A stretch of DNA of 62,847 nt, the filler included. It is 4 parts of 4 records of this genome, joined end to end, with 100 filler letters (N's around TTAATTAATTAA, not from the genome) between each part and the next. Parts side by side here need not be neighbours in the genome. Positions count along the whole stretch, not along the records: positions 34,953 to 57,675 come from SRR31156797_16329; positions 57,776 to 62,847 come from SRR31156797_16357; 2 more parts are not named here. The stretch is one strand, 5' to 3'. How positions within the stretch are numbered: position 1 is the stretch's first letter; the number at the start of each line of letters is the position of its first letter. Below, one piece after another: positions 57,385-62,847 of the stretch. Both the position numbers and the translations under genes were made by a program. The notes below the pieces were generated by a model that had not been told where the DNA came from, searched no databases, and saw only the letters and a list, made by a program, of their open reading frames with translations.

Positions 57385-57541
57385 AGATTCATATTACCGA
57401 CAACACGATATTCGGCAATGTAGATAAATCGATTTTCTTACTTTTTATTTTGGTTAAAAAGTGTCTGTTCTATATTTTTCAATGGGTTGTGAGGTTTTTC
57501 TGTCAAATGGCCATACGACAAAGAGATATTTCCCTACCTCT

Positions 57542-57561
57542 TTGTGCGAGATCTCGCACAA
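57542..57561. promoter_or_regulatory. VarA/UvrY/GacA binding palindrome upstream of the Csr sRNA
   Basis: Perfect palindrome TTGTGCGAGATCTCGCACAA about 160 bp upstream of the sRNA start, like the UvrY/GacA upstream activating sequence. Confidence 0.8.
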
Positions 57562-57675
57562 GGTGTTGGGGTGATCAGCCATTGCTGTTTGTGGGTGTGT
57601 TTTCACCAAAAGTGAATATATAGCTAATTTTAAGCACTTTTAGTGAATATACCTAAGTAACCTCAAGATGCTGGT

Positions 57676-57775
57676 NNNNNNNNNNNNNNNNNNNNNNNNN
57701 NNNNNNNNNNNNNNNNNNNTTAATTAATTAANNNNNNNNNNNNNNNNNNNNNNNNNNNNNNNNNNNNNNNNNNNN
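57676..57775. other. Artificial contig spacer
   Basis: N-run with a central TTAATTAATTAA. Confidence 0.98.
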
Positions 57776-58732
57776 CTCGTATTCCGGCGCCTCGACGACG
57801 CCGTCGGTGGCATAGGGCGCGTCATCGACCTCGACGACGCGGCCGCACAGGAACGGACAGCGTTTGCAGCCGGCCCGTTTGACCTGGATGGTGTCGGCCA
57901 TGACGAAGCCGTTGATCTTTTCCTGCAACGCGGTGGCGCGCGCATCCCGCCAGTTGTTGATCGGCAGGTTGCCGAGGCGTTCGTTGTTGGTGAAGCTTCC
58001 GGGCGTCCCGAATTTCGAGAACATCTCCAGCGCTTCCTTCATCGCCGCCGTATCGGCCTTCAACGTCGTTGCCAGGCCCTTGGGATCGGCGTATTCGGGC
58101 TGCTTGACGCCCGGCTTCGGAATGACGATGGCTTTCAGTTTTTTCGATCCCATGACCGCGCCCATGCCGCCGCGTCCGGCAACCCGCGTGTGGCGGCCGT
58201 CATGGGCGATGACCGCCATCGGGATCAGCCGCTCGCCGGCCGGGCCGATGACGGCGGATGCCAGCTTGCGTCCGTATTTCTCTTTCAGCAGGTCGTCGCA
58301 TTCGAAGATGTCCTTGCCCCATAGGCGTTCGGCATCGGTGATGCGGATTTCATCGTCGTCGAGCACGAGCATGACCGGCTTCGACGAAGCGCCGGTGATG
58401 ACCATGCCGTCGAGACCGGTAAGCTTGAGGATCCGGCCGAAGGCGCCGCCGGCGCTGGATTCGCAAAAGATGCCGCTCAGGGGCGACAGCGCGATCACTT
58501 CGTGCCGGTTGCCGCCGGGCACACCGGCCGAGGTGTAGGGACCGGTCAGGATGATCAGCGGATTGTCGGGACCGAGCGGATCGGTATCGGGACCGGTCAG
58601 GCGGGCCAGGATGGCCGCGCCCAGGTTGCTGCCGCCGATGAAATTCTTGAGGTCCTGTGAGCCGATTTCGCGGTATTCGACGGTTCCCCGTGTCAGATCG
58701 ATCCAGGCGAGACGATCATGGTAGCCGTTCAT
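57776..58732 (-). CDS. Aldehyde:ferredoxin oxidoreductase (W/Mo-pterin, AOR family), 3'-truncated by the contig edge
   Basis: MNGY...IDL, IGG..LG, DPLGPDNP, SPLSG..ESSAGG, IGPAGE, GRGGMGAVMGSKKLKA, CxxCxxxC and PEYE motifs; ATG after GGAAGG. Confidence 0.92.
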
Positions 58733-58968
58733 TTTGTTTTTCCTTCCGATCTCGTGCCGAATTCCATTGATTAAACGGCGCGTTATTTGTTCGTTTGCTT
58801 GCGGGCCCAAGCGGTCCCTGGAAGCGGTGCCGATGCCCTGATCCTCGGACTCGTTTTCGCCAATGAAGGCGGAAACCGGCACCGTCCGGTGTTTGCGCAG
58901 AACGCGGCAAAGCCGCATTCGATGCTGCCGGCATACAAATGGGCGGGCCGGTCGGCCGCGCCCCCATC

Positions 58969-58982
58969 TGATAGCGCTATTA
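58969..58982. promoter_or_regulatory. LacI-family operator-like palindrome TGATAGCGCTATTA
   Basis: Near-perfect 14-bp palindrome with a central CG in the divergent aor/gloA intergenic region. Confidence 0.5.
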
Positions 58983-59195
58983 AATACCCTTTTTTTAATT
59001 GTGACAATTCCCAACCTGCCAAGCGGTCATCGGGATACGAAAAAGGCCGATTTCGGCTAAATAAATTGGTAGGGCCACTTGCGGTGAGGCGTGAAACTCA
59101 GCATAATCCGGCCGACTCTTTATCCGCGAAGCGCGGCGATATCCGATCCGACTTCGAGAATGACGCCGCCCCGATAAAACAGGGAAGAAAGAACC

Positions 59196-59606
59196 ATGAC
59201 AGCCGAAGCCCCCAAATTCAGCTATCTGCATACGATGATTCGCGTTTTCGACCTGAAAAAATCGGTCGATTTCTACACCCGCCTTCTCGGCATGGAAGTG
59301 CAGCGCGAGCACGAAGTTCCGGCCGGCAAATACAGCCTTGTCTTCGTCGGCTACGGCGCCGAAAGCGACGGCCATACGGTGCTGGAACTGACCCACAACT
59401 GGGATCAGGCCGAACCGTACGATTTGGGCAACGCCTTCGGCCATCTGGCGCTGGGCGTTCCCGACATCTACGCCACCTGCGATGCGTTGCGCAAAGACGG
59501 CGTCAACATCACGCGCGAACCCGGGCCGGTGAAATTCGGCACCACGGTCATCGCCTTCATCGAGGACCCGGACGGCTACAAGATCGAGTTGATCGAAAAG
59601 AAATAG
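59196..59606 (+). CDS. gloA: Lactoylglutathione lyase (glyoxalase I)
   Basis: LHTMIRV-DL..S..FY..LLGM, LELTHNW, GHLA and [14 protein letters not shown] motifs. Confidence 0.95.
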   Translation: MTAEAPKFSYLHTMIRVFDLKKSVDFYTRLLGMEVQREHEVPAGKYSLVFVGYGAESDGHTVLELTHNWDQAEPYDLGNAFGHLALGVPDIYATCDALRKDGVNITREPGPVKFGTTVIAFIEDPDGYKIELIEKK

Positions 59607-59775
59607 GCTTTTCGCCCGCCAATTTCGCAGGCGAACCCGCTGGACAAGGCCGATCGGACCAGACGATCCGAATCCAATTGGGTTGCCTGCGGCGCCGCAT
59701 CCGACGGCGGCAGGAAACATTTAGCAAAGACACGCCCGGAAGCGATTCTCCGGGTGATTACGGGAAGGAAAAAAC

Positions 59776-61194
59776 ATGACACCTACTGCTGACATCGGCC
59801 TCGTCGGCCTTGCGGTGATGGGCCAGAACCTGGTCCTCAACATGGCCGATCACGGCTTCACGATTGCCGTCTTCAACCGCACCACCGCGACCATGCGGAA
59901 ATTCGTCGATTCCGAGGAAGCCAGCGGCAAGGCCCTGGTCGGTTGCGAAACCATGGAAGACCTGGTCGCCAACCTGAAACGACCGCGCGCCATCGTCCTC
60001 ATGGTCAAGGCCGGTGCCGCGGTGGATCAGCAGATCGAAATGCTTCGCCCGTTGCTGGAAGATGGCGACATCATCATCGATGGTGGCAACTCCAACTTCC
60101 GCGACACCCAGCGCCGCGACGCCGAACTGACCGCCGCCGGCCTGCATTTCATGGGCACCGGCATTTCCGGCGGCGAGGAAGGGGCCCGCATGGGACCCTC
60201 GATCATGCCGGGCGGCACCGAAGCGGCCTATGCCAAGGTCGGCCCGATCTTTCAGGCGATTTCCGCCAAGGTCGAGGACGAACCCTGTTGCATTCATATC
60301 GGCGCCGACGGCGCCGGGCATTTCGTCAAGACCACCCACAACGGCATCGAATACGCCGACATGCAGATGATCGCCGAGGTCTATCAGGTGATGCGCAATC
60401 TGCTCGGCATGTCGGCCCCTGAAATGGCCAAGACGTTTGCCGACTGGAACGAAGGCGATCTCGATTCCTACCTGATCGAGATCACCGCCGACATCCTGGG
60501 TCAGACCGACGAAGATACCGGCAAGCCGATGGTCGATATCATCCTCGACAAGGCCGGCCAGAAAGGCACCGGACAATGGACCAGCGTTTCGGCCCTGGAA
60601 CTGGGCGTTCCGGCGCCGACCATCGCCGAGGCCGTGTTTGCCCGCAACATAACCGCCTTGAAGGAAGAACGAGTCGCCGCCGAAAACATCATCGGCGCCG
60701 CCAAGCCGGCGTTCGACGGTGATGCCGGTGCCTTCGTCAACGATCTGCGCGACGCCTTGCTGGCGTCGAAGATCTGCGCCTATGCCCAGGGTTTCGCGCT
60801 GATGCAGGCGGCCAAGGACGAATTCGGCTGGAACACGGATTTCGGCCAGGTGTCGATGATCTGGCGCGGCGGCTGCATCATCCGGGCCCGGTTCCTGAAC
60901 CGCATCAAGGAAGCCTATGACCGCGATCCGGAACTCAAGAACCTGCTGCTCGATCCGTATTTCCGTTCGGTCGTCGAGGCAGGCGAAGGCGCCTGGCGGC
61001 GGGTCGTGTCGACGGCCATCGCCAACGGCCTACCGGCCCCGGCCCTGACCTCGGCGCTGTCCTATTTCGACGCCTATCGCAGCGGCCGGTTGTGGGCCGA
61101 CCTGATCCAGGCGCAGCGCGACTATTTCGGGGCCCATACCTTCGAGCGCACCGACCGCGAAGGCTGGTACCACCGCGAATGGATGAAGGCGTAA
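59776..61194 (+). CDS. gnd: 6-phosphogluconate dehydrogenase (decarboxylating, NADP-type)
   Basis: [40 protein letters not shown] and QRDYFGAHT motifs. Confidence 0.97.
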   Translation: MTPTADIGLVGLAVMGQNLVLNMADHGFTIAVFNRTTATMRKFVDSEEASGKALVGCETMEDLVANLKRPRAIVLMVKAGAAVDQQIEMLRPLLEDGDIIIDGGNSNFRDTQRRDAELTAAGLHFMGTGISGGEEGARMGPSIMPGGTEAAYAKVGPIFQAISAKVEDEPCCIHIGADGAGHFVKTTHNGIEYADMQMIAEVYQVMRNLLGMSAPEMAKTFADWNEGDLDSYLIEITADILGQTDEDTGKPMVDIILDKAGQKGTGQWTSVSALELGVPAPTIAEAVFARNITALKEERVAAENIIGAAKPAFDGDAGAFVNDLRDALLASKICAYAQGFALMQAAKDEFGWNTDFGQVSMIWRGGCIIRARFLNRIKEAYDRDPELKNLLLDPYFRSVVEAGEGAWRRVVSTAIANGLPAPALTSALSYFDAYRSGRLWADLIQAQRDYFGAHTFERTDREGWYHREWMKA

Positions 61195-61219
61195 ACGCCG
61201 TCGTTTCGGGAGGCAGAGC

Positions 61220-61729
61220 ATGATCGTTATCGTTATGGGCGTTTCGGGTTGCGGCAAATCGGTTGCCGGCAGCCGCCTGGCCGCCATCATGAAGGCCGAC
61301 TACGCCGAAGGGGACGAATTCCATTCCCCGGCAAATGTCGAAAAAATGCGCGGCGGGACGCCGCTGACCGACGACGACCGCTGGCCCTGGCTGCGTTCCA
61401 TCGCGGCCAGCATCGATGCCTGGCGGGCCGAGGGAAAGCACGCCGTCGTCGCCTGTTCGGCCCTGAAAAAGGTCTACCGCGATATCCTGATGGGGGATCG
61501 CCCCGACGTCGTCGCCGTCCATCTGAAGGGCAGCTACGAGTTAATCGCCTCGCGCCTGGCCGAGCGGCAGCACGAATACATGCCGACCAGCCTGCTGAAA
61601 AGCCAGTTCGAAACGCTGGAGGAACCCGACGAAACCGAGAATGTGATCACGGTTTCCATCGACCAGACACCCGATCAAATCGTCGCCGAGGCCTTGGCCG
61701 GCTTGAAAGGCAAAGGCCTGGCCCTCTGA
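61220..61729 (+). CDS. gntK: Gluconokinase (GntK/IdnK)
   Basis: GVSGCGKS, GDEFH..NVEKM..G.PL.D.DR.PWL, CSALK..YR and LL.SQF..LE.P motifs. Confidence 0.95.
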   Translation: MIVIVMGVSGCGKSVAGSRLAAIMKADYAEGDEFHSPANVEKMRGGTPLTDDDRWPWLRSIAASIDAWRAEGKHAVVACSALKKVYRDILMGDRPDVVAVHLKGSYELIASRLAERQHEYMPTSLLKSQFETLEEPDETENVITVSIDQTPDQIVAEALAGLKGKGLAL

Positions 61730-61749
61730 TCCGAAGCGAAACCGGATGT

Positions 61750-61789
61750 AAAAAAAGGGCGGCCCCCTCACGGAGCCGCCCCTTTTTTT
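61750..61789. terminator. Bidirectional terminator
   Basis: A-tract, GGGCGGC..GCCGCCC stem, T-tract, between convergent genes. Confidence 0.85.
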
Positions 61790-61807
61790 GTTCCGATACG
61801 CCCGTTA

Positions 61808-62821
61808 TCAGCGTTTCAGGTACTGTTCGTTGACGCAGTTGTACAGGTTGCCGTCACGCAGGTAATCGACCGCCGTTTTGACCGATTTGCTGCGCAGGGT
61901 GACGATGCTTTCGGGGCTGTGGAAGGCGGAATGGGGCGTCAGGATGACCCGGCCGTGCAGCCACGGTTCCTTGTTCAGCCACGCCTTGATCAGCGGTTCT
62001 TCGCAAGTCGGCGGTTCGGTCTCGATGACGTCGAGGCCGGCGCCGTCCAACTGGCCGCTTTTCAGTGCTTCGTAGACGGCATCCAGCTTCACCGTTTCGC
62101 CGCGCCCGGTGTTGATCAGGATGGCGCCCTTTTTTACCGACTTGAGCGTATCGGCATTGATCATGCCGCGGGTTTCTTCGGTCAACGGCGTGTGGTGAGT
62201 GATCACGTCGGAACCGGCCAGGAGCTCTTCCAACGAATGGGCACGGCCGAAACCGAGACCCAATTCGATGCCTGGGCGCAGGTACGGATCATAGAACCAG
62301 ACATCCATGCCAAGGCCCTTGGCGCGCATGGCGGCGGCCGTGCCGATCCGGCCCAGGCCGATGACACCGAATTTCAGGCCCAAAATCCGCCGCTTGATCG
62401 GCGGCGTGTGGAACATCCATTCGTCGATCGGATCGTCGTGCAGGCGGGCGTCGTGTTCGACGATGCCGCGGGTCAGGCCCAGCATCATGCCGATGGCGTG
62501 TTCGGCCACGTCCATGGTGCCGTAATCGGGCACATTGCAAACCGGGATTCCCTTGGCGCCGAAGCCCTTGAGGTCGACATTGTCGAAGCCGACACCGGCA
62601 CGGACAACGACTTTGATGTTGTCCAGCTTGGCCATGATTTCCGGCGTTACGGGAATTTTCTCGTATAGCGCCAAGCCATGGCATAGACGCCAGGATTCAT
62701 CGGAAATCTTGGCTTCGATGCCCGGCTCCCATCTGTAGAAATCGATCTCGAAATCCGGACCGGCGACTTCACGTTCGATATCCGCGTCCGGATAACCAAG
62801 ATCAGGAATTAAAATTCTCAT
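61808..62821 (-). CDS. D-isomer-specific 2-hydroxyacid dehydrogenase (CtBP-like)
   Basis: RAGVGFDNVD, NVPDYG, GLGRIG, YDP, INTGRG, LDV-E-EP and TPHSA motifs. Confidence 0.92.
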   Translation of the reverse strand: MRILIPDLGYPDADIEREVAGPDFEIDFYRWEPGIEAKISDESWRLCHGLALYEKIPVTPEIMAKLDNIKVVVRAGVGFDNVDLKGFGAKGIPVCNVPDYGTMDVAEHAIGMMLGLTRGIVEHDARLHDDPIDEWMFHTPPIKRRILGLKFGVIGLGRIGTAAAMRAKGLGMDVWFYDPYLRPGIELGLGFGRAHSLEELLAGSDVITHHTPLTEETRGMINADTLKSVKKGAILINTGRGETVKLDAVYEALKSGQLDGAGLDVIETEPPTCEEPLIKAWLNKEPWLHGRVILTPHSAFHSPESIVTLRSKSVKTAVDYLRDGNLYNCVNEQYLKR

Positions 62822-62847
62822 CGTTCCTCGCTTTTTTTCGTTTTCCC

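Noticed and set aside
57724-59779. ORFs 57724-57945, 58787-59779, 58995-59720 and the N-terminal extension of 57728-59014
   Set aside because: Shadow ORFs in high-GC DNA or running into the N spacer. The real genes are aor (start 58732) and gloA.
59758-62738. Long alternative-frame ORFs over gnd, gntK and the dehydrogenase (e.g. 59758-60576, 61919-62668)
   Set aside because: Antisense or frameshifted shadows expected from GC3-rich codon usage; no recognisable motifs.

Overview
This window is not one locus. It is four unrelated contigs joined by 100-bp N/TTAATTAATTAA spacers at 16132-16231, 34853-34952 and 57676-57775; taxonomic assignments are inferred from gene content and base composition. 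(1) 1-16131 is Desulfovibrionaceae-like: the 3' part of an Ech hydrogenase operon (echCDEF), a degenerate EAL/YkuI-like protein, DUF2975 + XRE regulator + MacAB-type exporter, an RluA-family synthase, a TRAP transporter, a VCBS/FG-GAP-like exported protein, RsmF, a class I aldolase homolog lacking its Schiff-base Lys, and a truncated tRNA. (2) 16232-34852 is an AT-rich Bacteroidota contig: a T9SS SprB-repeat protein with a duplicated unrecognised domain, dCMP deaminase, S41 protease, a pair of CydA-like membrane proteins each fused to a c-type heme domain, alpha-2-macroglobulin, an MBOAT + SGNH acylation pair, and two YbjQ-like lipoproteins. (3) 34953-57675 is Vibrio-like: peptide ABC transporter, SPOR protein, AcrAB-type RND pump, gor, rlmJ, prlC, a His-repeat lipoprotein, a bufferin-type DUF2282/DUF692/DUF2063/DoxX RiPP cluster, uvrD, and a CsrB-family sRNA with its VarA/UvrY box. 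(4) 57776-62847 is GC-rich, probably alphaproteobacterial: partial aldehyde:ferredoxin oxidoreductase, gloA, gnd, gntK and a D-2-hydroxyacid dehydrogenase. The best candidate for a poorly characterised system is the two-gene 'split-ligand' cytochrome bd-like/cytochrome c complex at 21932-24724. Next are the bufferin cluster with its convergent His-repeat lipoprotein, the duplicated HxLSH/DPTTG domain, and the aldolase pseudoenzyme.
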